61,308 nt of DNA from an uncultured cyanobacterium (GCA_963807635.1 CAWEDJ010000009.1:1-61308); one strand, 5' to 3'. Counted from the first letter of the stretch, positions 31,653 to 42,574 are shown. Numbers and translations: made by a program. The notes: a model not told the origin generated them from the sequence alone.

Positions 31653-32591
31653 ATGTTAGAACTCAAGGACAAACGCATTCTGGTGACAGGAGGGGCTGGC
31701 TTTTTGGGCAAACAAGTGGTTAACCAGCTAATTCAGGCTGGAGCAAACCCCGATAAAATTACCATTCCGCGATCGCGGGACTGTGATCTCAGACGTTTAG
31801 AAAGTTGTCAGCAGGCGGTCAGTGGTCAAGATGTGGTGGTGCATCTAGCGGCCCATGTGGGGGGGATTGGTTTAAATCGGGAAAAACCCGCCGAACTTTT
31901 TTACGATAACTTGATGATGGGAACCCAGTTAATCCACACAGCCTACGAAGCAGGGGTTGAAAAATTTGTTTGTGTAGGAACCATTTGCGCCTATCCCAAA
32001 TTTACCCCAGTCCCCTTTAAGGAAGAAGATTTGTGGAACGGCTATCCTGAAGAAACCAACGCGCCCTATGGTGTCGCAAAAAAAGCTTTATTAGTGCAAT
32101 TAGAATCCTATCGTCTGCAATACGGCTTTAATGGAATTTATCTATTGCCTGTGAATCTCTACGGCCCTGAAGATAATTTTGACCCCCGTAGTTCCCACGT
32201 TATTCCTGCCCTAATCCAAAAAGTTCATGAAGCCCAAAAACGGGGTGATAAAACTCTTCCTGCTTGGGGTGATGGCAGTCCTACCCGTGAATTTTTATAT
32301 TCTACCGACGCGGCTCTGGGTATCGTTATGGGAACTCAATTTTATGACAAAGCTGATCCGATTAATCTGGGAACGAATTTTGAAATCTCGATCAAGGATT
32401 TAGTAGAACTCATCTGTGAATTGATGGATTTCACAGGAGAAATTATCTGGCAAACGGATCAACCCAATGGGCAACCCCGTCGCTGTCTGGATACGACGAA
32501 AGCGAAAGAAGCCTTTGGTTTTACCGCCCAGGTGGATTTACGCCAGGGATTAAAAAACACCATTGAATGGTATCGTCAACACGCGGCTTAG
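31653..32591 (+). CDS. fcl: GDP-L-fucose synthase
   Basis: GGAGFLG, AAHVGGIG, YGVAKK, NLYGP.DNFD...SHVIPAL; follows gmd. Confidence 0.93.
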   Translation: MLELKDKRILVTGGAGFLGKQVVNQLIQAGANPDKITIPRSRDCDLRRLESCQQAVSGQDVVVHLAAHVGGIGLNREKPAELFYDNLMMGTQLIHTAYEAGVEKFVCVGTICAYPKFTPVPFKEEDLWNGYPEETNAPYGVAKKALLVQLESYRLQYGFNGIYLLPVNLYGPEDNFDPRSSHVIPALIQKVHEAQKRGDKTLPAWGDGSPTREFLYSTDAALGIVMGTQFYDKADPINLGTNFEISIKDLVELICELMDFTGEIIWQTDQPNGQPRRCLDTTKAKEAFGFTAQVDLRQGLKNTIEWYRQHAA

Positions 32592-32599
32592 TGGCCGAA

Positions 32600-32623
32600 G
32601 TAGGGGCGTAAGGTTTGCGCCCT
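32600..32623. repeat. GTAG-type REP-like palindrome
   Basis: GTAGGGGCGTAAGGTTTGCGCCCT just after the fcl stop. Confidence 0.7.
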
Positions 32624-32943
32624 GAAAATTTAACTCCTGACACTCCCTATTACTCCCACGATCAAGAAATAATTACAGCGCCTCAATAGTTTACGCGATC
32701 GCAGAAATTGATAAATTAACCGAAAAAGTCAATATCCCTTAAATAATGATTAAAAGTAGTGTTATAGACAGTTTTTCAAGTGGAGCAAGGAATAAGCGAA
32801 TACAGATAATCGAGTAAAACTTAACCTATAATTAACAAATGGAAGAAGACAAAAAAAGAAAGACTCATTAAAAACACCTTCTCTAAATCAAATTGATTTT
32901 TTTAATGAATCCCAGTTTTAAAAGGAACCCCTGCTAAAGACAA

Positions 32944-33726
32944 ATGAATATACAGCCAGCTATGGAAGCGACTCCTTCACGACGGATTGTGATTGGGGAT
33001 GTGCATGGTCACTATGATACCCTTTTACGCTTATTTGACGCGATCGCACCCAATGAGCGAGATGGCATCTATTTTATCGGAGACTTAATTGATCGAGGCC
33101 CCAACAGTTCCCAGGTCGTCGATTTTGTCATTAAAAATAAATATCATTGCTTATTGGGAAATCATGAGCAAATGTTACTGGACGCAGTGGGAAGGGGGAG
33201 CGTTTCGCAACAACTTCTTCAATCCTGGCTTTATACGGGAGGACTGGCTACCCTCGAAAGCTACCACCATCATATTCCCCAGGAACATATTGATTGGATG
33301 CAAGGTTTACCCCTCTATTTGGATTTAGGGGATGTGTGGTTAGTCCATGCGGGAGTTGACCCAAAATTGCCCCTAGCGGAACAAACCGCCGAACAATGTT
33401 GCTGGATTCGGGATGAATTTCACCAAATTTATCGACCTTATTTTGCCGATAAATTAATTATTATTGGCCATACGATTACGTTTACTTTTCCAGGGATTCA
33501 ACCAGGCAAACTCGCTGGTGGTGCGGGTTGGTTAGATATTGATACGGGAGCCTATCATCCCAAGAGCGGTTGGTTAACGGGCTTTGATATTACAAATCGC
33601 TTAGTTTATCAGGTTCACACTAGCAGTAAATCGGTTAGAACACTTCCCCTGGATGATGCTGTCACCTTTGTTGATCCTGGGATGGTGGCAGGAAAACGGA
33701 CTAAAAAAAGGGGTTTATTTGGTTAA
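32944..33726 (+). CDS. PPP-family metallophosphoesterase (Ser/Thr phosphatase-like)
   Basis: GDVHG, GDLIDRG, GNHE, HAG, GHT, DTG. Confidence 0.92.
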   Translation: MNIQPAMEATPSRRIVIGDVHGHYDTLLRLFDAIAPNERDGIYFIGDLIDRGPNSSQVVDFVIKNKYHCLLGNHEQMLLDAVGRGSVSQQLLQSWLYTGGLATLESYHHHIPQEHIDWMQGLPLYLDLGDVWLVHAGVDPKLPLAEQTAEQCCWIRDEFHQIYRPYFADKLIIIGHTITFTFPGIQPGKLAGGAGWLDIDTGAYHPKSGWLTGFDITNRLVYQVHTSSKSVRTLPLDDAVTFVDPGMVAGKRTKKRGLFG

Positions 33727-33833
33727 ACGGTGTCGTCCTCTAATAAGATTGGTATTTCTGACTTATAGAGGTTATTCCTACTGATCTCGTTTTGTGGACT
33801 AGACATCTTACCAGTCTATTAATTCAAAATATT

Positions 33834-35303
33834 TTAACGACGATCGCAGCGATCGCAATGACCACAACGAAAATTAGCCTTATCTTGCAAGCCAAAGGCG
33901 GTCAACAAAAAAGCCCAACGACAGGATTTGGTATAGAGATATTGCTTCATAGAGTTTCCCGATAAGCGTTCTTGCTGGGAAGTAGCAGTCAATTGTTTTC
34001 CTTGAGGACGGGAATGAAGTTGATAATGAAAGGGGTCTAACCATCCTAATTGTCCCATTTGGTCTAAAAAAGCTAGGGATAACTCAATATCGGGAAAATT
34101 CTTTTTCAAACTCAAAATATCGCCCTGTTGGGGAATTTTTTGGGCGATCGCCTGAGCTTGTCGAGCTTGTTTTTCCCGTTGTTGATTAAAAAAATTGCGG
34201 CGTTGTTGATCGGTCGAATCAAGCCAACCCGTCGACTCACTGACCAGGGTAAGGGTATCAGCCTCCAGTCCATCCCGACCTGCCCGACCAATTTCTTGTA
34301 AATACTCTGAAAGTAAATGGGGCGGATGAAAATGGGCAATCCAACGGATATCGGGTTTATTAATGCCGAGGCCAAAAGCATTGGTACAAATCACAAAAGG
34401 CAAATTTCCCGTCAGCCATTGTTCTTCAATTTCCCGTCTTTGGTTCGCGCCTAAACCCGCATGATAGGCCGCCGTTCGATATTGGAGCGACTTTAACCAT
34501 TGCACTAAAAATTCACTGTCCCGACGCGATCGCACATAAATTAAACCCGACTGCTTTCGGTGTTTTTCCAGAAAATTTAATAACAAATGCTGGCGACAAC
34601 GGGCCGTCCAAGCAATTTTAACGGCCAGCCTTAAATTGGGACGATAGGGACTCAAGGTAAAGATCTCAGGATTTTCTAATCGGAGAATGGCCCGCAATTG
34701 ATTTTGAATATTTGCATCCGCCGTTGCCGTAAAAGCCGCAATGGAAAAATTTTGAGCATTCTTTTTTTGGGCTAAAAGCGAGGGACGAATCATCCCCAAC
34801 CGTCGATAGGCAGGTCGAAAGGAATCTCCCCACTCCACCAAACAATGGGCTTCATCGATCATCAAGCCCGCGATCGCCACATGGGGTTGACACAATACCT
34901 CCCACACAGGCTGACTCAGGAGGGTTTCAGGGGAAATATAAAGTAACCGAAGCTGTTGCTGTTGAATTTCTTTCAGAATTGACTGACGTTGAGTGCGGGG
35001 CAGTTCACTATGGAGACATTGAGCAGGCAATTGGCGAGCTTGTAATTCTCTGACTTGATTTTCCATTAAGGCAATCAAGGGAGAAACCACTAAGGTCAAC
35101 CCTTCTTGAAAAAGTGCAGGCAGTTGAAAACAAACTGATTTTCCGCCTCCTGTGGGCATGACAATCATTCCATCCTTCCCTGCCAAAAGACAATCGATAA
35201 CTTCCGCCTGGGGAAATCGAAAGCTTGAATATCCCCAAATAGAGTGGAATAATTGCTGAATTTCTTGCTTTCTGAACTCTATGGACTCTCGCTTTAAATT
35301 CAC
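33834..35303 (-). CDS. recQ: RecQ-family helicase
   Basis: MPTGGGKS, DEAHC..WG.SFRP, TATA, QEIGRAGRDG, C-terminal CR...CGHCDRC. Confidence 0.92.
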   Translation of the reverse strand: MNLKRESIEFRKQEIQQLFHSIWGYSSFRFPQAEVIDCLLAGKDGMIVMPTGGGKSVCFQLPALFQEGLTLVVSPLIALMENQVRELQARQLPAQCLHSELPRTQRQSILKEIQQQQLRLLYISPETLLSQPVWEVLCQPHVAIAGLMIDEAHCLVEWGDSFRPAYRRLGMIRPSLLAQKKNAQNFSIAAFTATADANIQNQLRAILRLENPEIFTLSPYRPNLRLAVKIAWTARCRQHLLLNFLEKHRKQSGLIYVRSRRDSEFLVQWLKSLQYRTAAYHAGLGANQRREIEEQWLTGNLPFVICTNAFGLGINKPDIRWIAHFHPPHLLSEYLQEIGRAGRDGLEADTLTLVSESTGWLDSTDQQRRNFFNQQREKQARQAQAIAQKIPQQGDILSLKKNFPDIELSLAFLDQMGQLGWLDPFHYQLHSRPQGKQLTATSQQERLSGNSMKQYLYTKSCRWAFLLTAFGLQDKANFRCGHCDRCDRR

Positions 35304-35574
35304 GGTAAAAAGTATTTACACAAGACTGGTCTCTTTATTTTAATATTATTCAATTGAAAAATCCTAAATATCTTGCCAACATTTTCCAATAAAAACAAGC
35401 TACGGTATTCAGAATGAGTGATTAATATCATTCTCAAAACACCGAGATTAAGCTATTTTTTAAGCACTAATATTTTCTAATCCATCTTTAGATGATGACA
35501 AAAAGCTCAGCATTGATTGATAGAATTTTTGTTAAACAGGGTATAATCGGGATAGAAAAAAGGGAAAACAACTT

Positions 35575-35805
35575 ATGAATGAAAATGTTGTATCGACTGA
35601 ACGGGCATCGGAAAAAGTAGAAGTATCCATCCAATTGGATCCCGCCGTATTGGAGCAAATTCAACACTTAACAAACGATCCTGCCCGAATTATTGAAGTA
35701 GCGGTTAAACAATGGCTACGGGGTGAGCCTGATCGGGATGACGATTTAACCCGTAGTTTGAGACGGAATCCCCCTATTCCCCCCAAAGGTGAATGGAACG
35801 ATTAG
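35575..35805 (+). CDS. Small conserved protein with RHH/CcdA-like N-terminal pattern
   Basis: KVEVSIQLD..(helix)..IIEVAVKQWL; C-terminal PPKGEWND. Confidence 0.7.
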   Translation: MNENVVSTERASEKVEVSIQLDPAVLEQIQHLTNDPARIIEVAVKQWLRGEPDRDDDLTRSLRRNPPIPPKGEWND

Positions 35806-36106
35806 GCTTGCTGGATTTGGGGAAAATAGCTCAAGTTTAATGATACTTTTCTGAAGTAACCTCAATTGACTCTCGTAGGAAGCCAATCTCAAGATTATCA
35901 ATCGTGTCCTCAGTGTTGTTTTTTTGGGCAAAATTCTAAGACGTATCTGGACATCATGAGGTTTTGGGGTTACAAAGATAAGTGTGACTCCTGTTTTATT
36001 GTGGCTGGAATGCTCTATCCCATGAGGGCGGGTTTATCTGTTACACCGCCAAAAGACGATGGACAATGTCATTAAAGATTGCTTGCTTAAGTCATAAATA
36101 TCAACG

Positions 36107-37804
36107 TTGAGTTCATTAGTGTCTATTTCTACCGACAGTAGTAAAAATACTCCTGACTATCAAATAGACTCCAATATAGTCTCCTTCGAGGCGTTAGGGG
36201 CAGAATTGGTCTTTGTCCAGAATTGTCAGGGACGCTATTTGAGTTTTTATTGGCAGTTAGCTCAGAAATATGGTATTTGCCCCCAAAAAATTATTGATCA
36301 TCTTCCTAAAAATAGCTTTTGTCCTGTTGACCTAGAGGCCTACGTTGAGAAACTGCAACGAATTATTCGGTACGGAGTGCCAGACCAATATTGTGGTTTA
36401 TTTTCCTATAAAAATCAGACTTTCCCTCTGAAATTAGTGATTACTCCTATTTTATCTGATGTTCATGGTGTTACTCGTGTTTTGGTAATGGGATGCAGTC
36501 TGGCAGACGAGGAACGATTGTTGATCAGTCCATCGGAGAGGGGGGAACTGTCCTCTGAATCCTCTCAAAGATTATTGACCAAAATTTCTCGTAAAATACG
36601 AAGAACCCTAGATTTGGAGACGATCTGGCAGGAGACAGTCAAAGGTATTGGAGAATCTCTCAAGGCTAGTCGATGTTTGATGTTGAGCAAGGAATCTCCC
36701 TTTCCAATAAAGGCGGAGTTTTGTCAATCAGGGATTAGTTCCTTATGGGGAGAATGGATAGAATATCCCTGGAAAGATATGGAGCCAGAAACAATAGAGG
36801 AAGGTAAGCCTATTTTTTTGGATGATGCTCTCTGCGGTCAGTTTCAGATTTGTTCAATGCTCATTGTTCCGACTTTTCATCAAGATCAATGCAATGGGTT
36901 CATCTGTATTCAGCAGTGCGATCGCCATCGGGATTGGAGCTTAGAAATTATTGAATTTGTTCAAGAACTTGCCGCCCAGGTCGGAACCGCGATCGCCCAC
37001 GCGACTCTATATCAAGAACTAGAGGAAGCAACCCGCATAGCCAAGGAAGCCTCCCAACTCAAAAGCGAATTTTTAGCCAGTACAACCCACGAACTCCGCA
37101 CTCCCTTAAACGGCATTATTGGTTTTTTGAAACTCGTTTTAGACGATATGGCCGACAGCGAGGAAGAAAAGCAGGAATTCCTCGAAGAAGCTCACCAATC
37201 GGCCCTGCACCTATTAAATCTCATTAACGATATTCTCGATTTAGCAAAAATTGAGTCGGGTATCATTGACCGAGAATTGGGTAGGGTTGATCTGACTGAA
37301 TTGTGTCAGGCCGTTAGTAATTTTGCTATTCCCCAAGCCCAAGCCAAAAAGCTTGATTTTAGATTGACACTTCCTCCAACCCTGACTCCTATCACGGTGT
37401 ACGGTAATTATCGATGGCTATTACAGGTCATGCTCAATATTGTGGGGAATGCGATCAAATTTACCCCTACAGGAGAAATTACGATTAGGGGAGAAATTAT
37501 TAAGCAAAAAATCGAGTGGAAAGACCAAACATTTCCTGGAAAAATCAAAATTAGCATCACCGATACGGGCATTGGAGTATCCCTAGAAAAACAAGCGAAA
37601 TTATTTGAAAAATTTGTCCAAATTGATGGTTCTCGTACCAAGGCCTATGGTGGAACAGGTCTGGGATTAAGCATTTCCCAAAAACTCGCCGAAGCGATGG
37701 GAGGAAGCGTCGCTTTTTTCAGTATGGGAGAAGATTTGGGTTCTACGGTAACGTTTAGCATCCTGTTGGATCATTTACCTGTATTGAAAACCGAAAAAGG
37801 CTAA
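36107..37804 (+). CDS. PAS-like/GAF sensor histidine kinase
   Basis: GAF (IRRTLDL..IW; QQCDRHRDW); H-box THELRTPLN; NAIKFT, DTGIG, GGTGLGL. Confidence 0.93.
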   Translation: MSSLVSISTDSSKNTPDYQIDSNIVSFEALGAELVFVQNCQGRYLSFYWQLAQKYGICPQKIIDHLPKNSFCPVDLEAYVEKLQRIIRYGVPDQYCGLFSYKNQTFPLKLVITPILSDVHGVTRVLVMGCSLADEERLLISPSERGELSSESSQRLLTKISRKIRRTLDLETIWQETVKGIGESLKASRCLMLSKESPFPIKAEFCQSGISSLWGEWIEYPWKDMEPETIEEGKPIFLDDALCGQFQICSMLIVPTFHQDQCNGFICIQQCDRHRDWSLEIIEFVQELAAQVGTAIAHATLYQELEEATRIAKEASQLKSEFLASTTHELRTPLNGIIGFLKLVLDDMADSEEEKQEFLEEAHQSALHLLNLINDILDLAKIESGIIDRELGRVDLTELCQAVSNFAIPQAQAKKLDFRLTLPPTLTPITVYGNYRWLLQVMLNIVGNAIKFTPTGEITIRGEIIKQKIEWKDQTFPGKIKISITDTGIGVSLEKQAKLFEKFVQIDGSRTKAYGGTGLGLSISQKLAEAMGGSVAFFSMGEDLGSTVTFSILLDHLPVLKTEKG

Positions 37805-37880
37805 ACCGATTTCTCCCAACGAAGGGTTTAATTTTAGGTCTAAAATAGGGATTGATTCTCGTTTATTTTGAACCAACATT

Positions 37881-38528
37881 ATGACTATCACGACAACCGC
37901 CCAAGATATCTTTCGCACTGCCTACGAAAATCGTTATACCTGGGATAGTCAATTTCCTGGTTATCGTGCTGATTTGACCCTCAAACAAGGTGATGAGGTT
38001 TTTCAAGGACAAATTCTGGTCAATGCTGATTTTAGTGTAGAGGTGACTGGTTTTGAAGATGAAACAGTCAAAGAAAGTGTTTATAATCAACTCCGAGACA
38101 TTGTGACCCACCGCAAACTGGGCAATTTTGAAAAGTCTCACGGTAAGAATAGTTTTGATTTTGGCGAAAAAGATCCGACGGGAGCAGTCGAAATCCTCGT
38201 TCAAGGCGATGCAATGGGATCAAATTACAAAGTACGGGGACAGGAAATTTGTCAAGTGAGCCGTGTCATGGGGCCTATTGGTTTCACTATCAATACGGAA
38301 GAAAGTCTCAAAACTGAGAGTGGTTACATTGCCGTTCGTTACAATGCTATTTTTCGGAATCCTAAAACAGGAGAACTCAAGGGAAAACGAGATTTTCAGG
38401 AAACCTATGAACAAATTGGCGGTTACTATTTACCGAAAAGTCAGGTGATTGACGCGATCGCAGAGGGGGGCGAAAAAATTACAACGGAATTTCTCTTCAG
38501 TCAGATTGAATTACTGGTTTCTCCCTAA
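37881..38528 (+). CDS. DUF3386 family protein
   Basis: FRTAYENRYTWD..FPGY.AD. Confidence 0.82.
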   Translation: MTITTTAQDIFRTAYENRYTWDSQFPGYRADLTLKQGDEVFQGQILVNADFSVEVTGFEDETVKESVYNQLRDIVTHRKLGNFEKSHGKNSFDFGEKDPTGAVEILVQGDAMGSNYKVRGQEICQVSRVMGPIGFTINTEESLKTESGYIAVRYNAIFRNPKTGELKGKRDFQETYEQIGGYYLPKSQVIDAIAEGGEKITTEFLFSQIELLVSP

Positions 38529-38539
38529 GGTGATGGTTT

Positions 38540-38562
38540 GGGGCGTAGATTTTGCGCCCTAC
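38540..38562. repeat. GTAG-type REP-like palindrome
   Basis: GGGGCGTAGATTTTGCGCCCTAC after the DUF3386 stop. Confidence 0.7.
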
Positions 38563-38982
38563 CCAAATTTATTTTTGTCGGGTTGTGTCGCGATCGCCTA
38601 AATCTCGGTCAAGTTTTGTGAATCAAGCTCAAACCTTTGTCCAATAAGAATCTCAGACTTTTCTGATCAAAAAAAAGATAATATCATCGTGTTTAAAATC
38701 TGAATATTCTTGCATTTTTCTCCAAAAGTTCGCAAATAAATCTGATCAATAGCAGAAAAAAACATTTTTTCTAGCTATTTCTCTTTCTTACTCCTTTTTT
38801 TTACTATTGAAATAAAAAGAATAATTGTATAACTTATAGGCAGTAGTTCTGACATTTCACACAAATTAAGATCAACGACGACAATTAACGCATTGGAGAA
38901 GTCGGGGTTATTAATGACTTCGGATATCCTTTCATTTTAACAAATCAATTTTAACAAATCAATTTTTTAGGATACATAGCCC

Positions 38983-39552
38983 ATGAATGTTTGCACTCGA
39001 ATAGCACTTATTAGTTCACTTTCCGCCGTAGCGAGTCTTAGTTTACTCACAACAGAAGCTAAAGCCTTTCAATTACAATCTCCTACAGTTAAAGTAAATT
39101 CTGTTGTTGATAATCCTTTTGCTGGTGATGATTTCCCAGCTTTCAGCACTGTTAATGGAATAGCCACTACTTCTTGGTCAGCCAAGACAACGGGAGGGGG
39201 AACTGGAAATCTTTACTTTGAGGTTCTCTTTCTGCACGCCAATCAGGTAATACAATCCTTCACGAAGGAATACTTGGGGGTGTCGGGAAGTGGAGCAAGT
39301 CTAGGAGAGACTTTTTCTTATAATGTGGATTCATTGCCACTTGCTCCAGGCGATTACGTAACATCAATCAAAGGGACTCTTTTTGGAACCAAGAATAGTA
39401 ATCCATTTTTTGCTTATAAAACGGATTTACAAGGTGTTCAGTACTCCGTTGCGCCTGTCCCCGAACCCCTTACCATCATCGGCTCAGGTATAGCATTGGG
39501 TTTTGGGGGTTTCTTAAAACGCAAACAAAAAGCTGCTCAGAACAAATCATAA
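38983..39552 (+). CDS. PEP-CTERM sorting-domain surface protein
   Basis: Signal peptide ending A-K-A; C-terminal VPEPLTIIGSGIALGFGGFLKRK. Confidence 0.9.
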   Translation: MNVCTRIALISSLSAVASLSLLTTEAKAFQLQSPTVKVNSVVDNPFAGDDFPAFSTVNGIATTSWSAKTTGGGTGNLYFEVLFLHANQVIQSFTKEYLGVSGSGASLGETFSYNVDSLPLAPGDYVTSIKGTLFGTKNSNPFFAYKTDLQGVQYSVAPVPEPLTIIGSGIALGFGGFLKRKQKAAQNKS

Positions 39553-39588
39553 TGTTCAGTTAATCTAGTTTGACGATTATCTTAAACT

Positions 39589-39621
39589 GCCCCTTAATTA
39601 AATTCGTTGAGGGGCTTTTTT
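39589..39621 (+). terminator. Intrinsic terminator between convergent genes
   Basis: GCCCCTTAAT...GTTGAGGGGC followed by TTTTTT. Confidence 0.65.
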
Positions 39622-39650
39622 AAAACTCTTATAAAACAGGATGAAGATCA

Positions 39651-40283
39651 TTAATGTTCAAAAACATTCGGATAGAACTCTAAATCTAGGGAGACAAAAA
39701 CGGGAAGACATCCAAAACATCGTTGGGCTAACTCAAAGCGTTCTTCACGAATTAACATTGCAGTTAATTTCTCTTTTAAGGGTAATAAATAACGAACATC
39801 GTTAGCGGCATAGCTGAGTTGGGCTATTGATAAATTTTCTGCATTTCCCCAATCGGAACTTTGGGAAGTTTTATCTAATTCGACTTGTTGCAATTCCTGA
39901 ACTAAACTTTTTAAACCATGACTAGAAGAGTAGGTTCGGGCTAATTTACTAGCAATTTTAGTGCAGAAAATAGGATGGGTTTTGATGCCAAAGGTATGTT
40001 TGAGTTGGGCAACGTCAAACCGTGCAAAGTGAAAAACTTTTTCGGTTTTATGGCTTTCCATTAGTGTGGTGAGATTGGGGGCAGAGGTTTGCCCTTTACT
40101 AATACGAACCGCCGCGACAAAGCCGTTGTGGTCACAGATTTGGATCAAACAAAGCCGATCGCGTTGGGGAACCAGCCCCATTGTTTCCGTATCAACAGCG
40201 ATCGCGGGGGCCGCCAAAAAGTTCGCCAGTAAATCATCGGGGAGATCCTGCTCACAAACTTGAAAATTTGTCAGAGTAGCCAT
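39651..40283 (-). CDS. rnd: Ribonuclease D-like 3'-5' exonuclease
   Basis: AVDTETMGL, FHFARFD, CTKIASKLART, YAANDV. Confidence 0.88.
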   Translation of the reverse strand: MATLTNFQVCEQDLPDDLLANFLAAPAIAVDTETMGLVPQRDRLCLIQICDHNGFVAAVRISKGQTSAPNLTTLMESHKTEKVFHFARFDVAQLKHTFGIKTHPIFCTKIASKLARTYSSSHGLKSLVQELQQVELDKTSQSSDWGNAENLSIAQLSYAANDVRYLLPLKEKLTAMLIREERFELAQRCFGCLPVFVSLDLEFYPNVFEH

Positions 40284-40420
40284 AGAAGAAAAAAGAGAGA
40301 AGAGAGAAAACAAAAAAACGAATTTGAAAGTAATTCAATGAAAAGTGAAAAATGACAAGATTGACAAAACTCAAAAGTTAATTTGAATCTATCTTCTCAT
40401 CTAAATCTACATTGAAAGAA

Positions 40421-41305
40421 CTAATAGGAAGGGCGAAATTTGTCGATAGTCGCAGGTTTTTTAGTCGGTTTAGGGGTAGCAACCATTGGAGTGGCTGTAG
40501 GAGGTACAGTTACTTCGGGCTGGTTCACTACGGGGACGGAGGTTGCGGGAACCATGTCGGGAGTGTCAACTGATGCAGAAGGGACGATCACATCGGGAGT
40601 TTGAATCGATGAAGAGGGTTTCGGCAGGGTAGTATTAGGAGGAGTAACCGAAGGGGGTGTTGTAGAAGGAATAACCTCTGGCACGGATGGAGTTGGGATT
40701 GTGCTGGGTTCAGGAAGGGTTGCAGGGGTTTGAGGTTGAACATTGCTGGGATTTAAGACATCCGACTGTTTTCCACTGAAATAAAAGTGTCCTAATACTT
40801 TGTTGTTAAAGGTTCGTTTGGTAAACTGCCAACCAGGTTTCAGAATAATTTTCATAAAACCCGCTTGTAATCCCTGAGTACTGCCGATAATCAATTCGGG
40901 AGCTTTGCCTGTGCGAGAAGTGGCGACCAGCACTAATTCGTTGCCCCTTGGCACAATCCGCAATAGATATTCTAAACCGTAATCTTCTCCGTCTAATCGT
41001 ACAGAATAGCCGTTACTGTCGGTAGAACGACGGCATATTCCCGTAAAATCGTAGTTTAAGAGTAGGGGGTCAACCATGACGGGCATTGATCCACTCTCGG
41101 CCCAACATTGTTTCTTTTTTGGGATTTGTTCAATCACTAGTAAGTCATATTTTCGATCGCCGTAGGGTCTTGCGATCGCGATCACTTGGGTTTGGTCAAT
41201 CAGTGTTTCAGTAAATTGGGCGGCATTTGCAGGAAGCGCTAGGGGAATGCTGGTTAATATCAAAGACGCGATCGCAGCAAATTTATCCGAAAAATTAATT
41301 TTCAT
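40421..41305 (-). CDS. DUF3747 secreted protein with Pro/Thr-rich tail
   Basis: Signal peptide; LLVIEQI...CW.E, DFTGICRRSTDSNGYS. Confidence 0.82.
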   Translation of the reverse strand: MKINFSDKFAAIASLILTSIPLALPANAAQFTETLIDQTQVIAIARPYGDRKYDLLVIEQIPKKKQCWAESGSMPVMVDPLLLNYDFTGICRRSTDSNGYSVRLDGEDYGLEYLLRIVPRGNELVLVATSRTGKAPELIIGSTQGLQAGFMKIILKPGWQFTKRTFNNKVLGHFYFSGKQSDVLNPSNVQPQTPATLPEPSTIPTPSVPEVIPSTTPPSVTPPNTTLPKPSSSIQTPDVIVPSASVDTPDMVPATSVPVVNQPEVTVPPTATPMVATPKPTKKPATIDKFRPSY

Positions 41306-41456
41306 AAGAATATGTTCAAAATCCACAAAACTAAATCGAGGTTTGAGTAATAACATCAAAAGCCTTTTAGAAGTCTAATGGTAACATGACGGACTGATGA
41401 ATTAGCGGGTTCCATCATGGTAAAAACTGCCATCATTTATCTTGACCTGATCCTAT

Positions 41457-42560
41457 TTAGGAAAATAATGACCTACAAAAAATCAAACTACTGTAGAGAT
41501 GGAATCCCCTATCCCAATCACTTTCTTCTCTCCTAAGAAAATAAGTATGGGGGTCAATTAATTTTAATAATTCTTTAAAATCTAGGGCATTTTCTGCAAA
41601 GGGATTAAATTCAGTCCAACTCGGTTTGTCTAACATTTTTTCCTTAAAGGTATTCATCAAATAATTCCATTGCTCATTACTGGTAATTTCTCGTTGGCCA
41701 TGAGAAGAACTCATGCTAATTCCCTCATCAAATTCATAAACGCGATCGCATAGACGAATAATCATTTGACGATCAGGTAAATGGAGGTCACAAATACGGG
41801 CATAATCTTGAATTTTAGTTTTGCGTTCCATTTTTCCCCTGGCGTTGGCTTCGAGACATTCTTCAAAAATAGGAAGCAGTCCTTCTACCCGTTGAGAGAC
41901 CTCAGGCCAGGAAAAACTAAAAATGGCATCCTCGTCTTTGTTAAGTCGATAAACAATAGTAGGATTCGGTGTAATTTCACTAAAATAAAAGACAGGTTTA
42001 ATGGTCAAGTCTAAAACCTGGCTAACGGGAACACAAAAACAAGGAATATTGACCGATTGCAATTTTTCCACATAAAATCTTAATTCTTGAATATCTCCTG
42101 TCCGATATAACCGCCAGGAACGACTAGGCAATTGTAAGCGCGCAGTATAGGGGTCGGTTTGCATGATTTTGGCAAAGTTCACCGCCGCCGTTTGTTTTAA
42201 TTCGGGCGGAATGGACTCTAGGATGAAAATGCCTAATTCTTGATGGGAAGCGGTGGTTTTAATTCTTTCTAAGGCGAGTTTTTGCGCTGTTTGCTCCTGC
42301 TTTCTTTGTTCTTCTAGCTGTTTGTCTAACCGCTCCAATCCCTGTCTCAATTTGGCAATTAACTTGGGATTATTCACTAACGGAATGAGTTGTTTGTAAC
42401 CATCCTGGGCGATCACCCAATCCCCCCTTGCTTCAGCTAATCGCGCCTCGTAGTAATCTACCCAAGGATTATCTAACTGATCAACCTTGAAACTTTGCAA
42501 AAGTTGGTCTGCGGTCTCGAACTGTTCAGCTTTAATCGCGTCGGAAATCGCTTCTAACAT
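41457..42560 (-). CDS. Conserved TPR-containing hypothetical protein
   Basis: N-terminal TPR-like helices; DPYTARLQLPSRSWRLYRTG. Confidence 0.75.
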   Translation of the reverse strand: MLEAISDAIKAEQFETADQLLQSFKVDQLDNPWVDYYEARLAEARGDWVIAQDGYKQLIPLVNNPKLIAKLRQGLERLDKQLEEQRKQEQTAQKLALERIKTTASHQELGIFILESIPPELKQTAAVNFAKIMQTDPYTARLQLPSRSWRLYRTGDIQELRFYVEKLQSVNIPCFCVPVSQVLDLTIKPVFYFSEITPNPTIVYRLNKDEDAIFSFSWPEVSQRVEGLLPIFEECLEANARGKMERKTKIQDYARICDLHLPDRQMIIRLCDRVYEFDEGISMSSSHGQREITSNEQWNYLMNTFKEKMLDKPSWTEFNPFAENALDFKELLKLIDPHTYFLRREESDWDRGFHLYSSLIFCRSLFS

Positions 42561-42574
42561 GGCAATGGCACAGA

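Noticed and set aside
32820..32838. Pho box CTTAACCT-ATA-ATTAACAA before the metallophosphoesterase
   Set aside because: Only two units, overlapping a TATAAT in AT-rich DNA; too weak without expression data
35866..36075. 69-aa Cys-rich ORF as a toxin partner of the CcdA-like gene
   Set aside because: TTG start without a clear RBS and no CcdB or other toxin motif; probably the kinase promoter region
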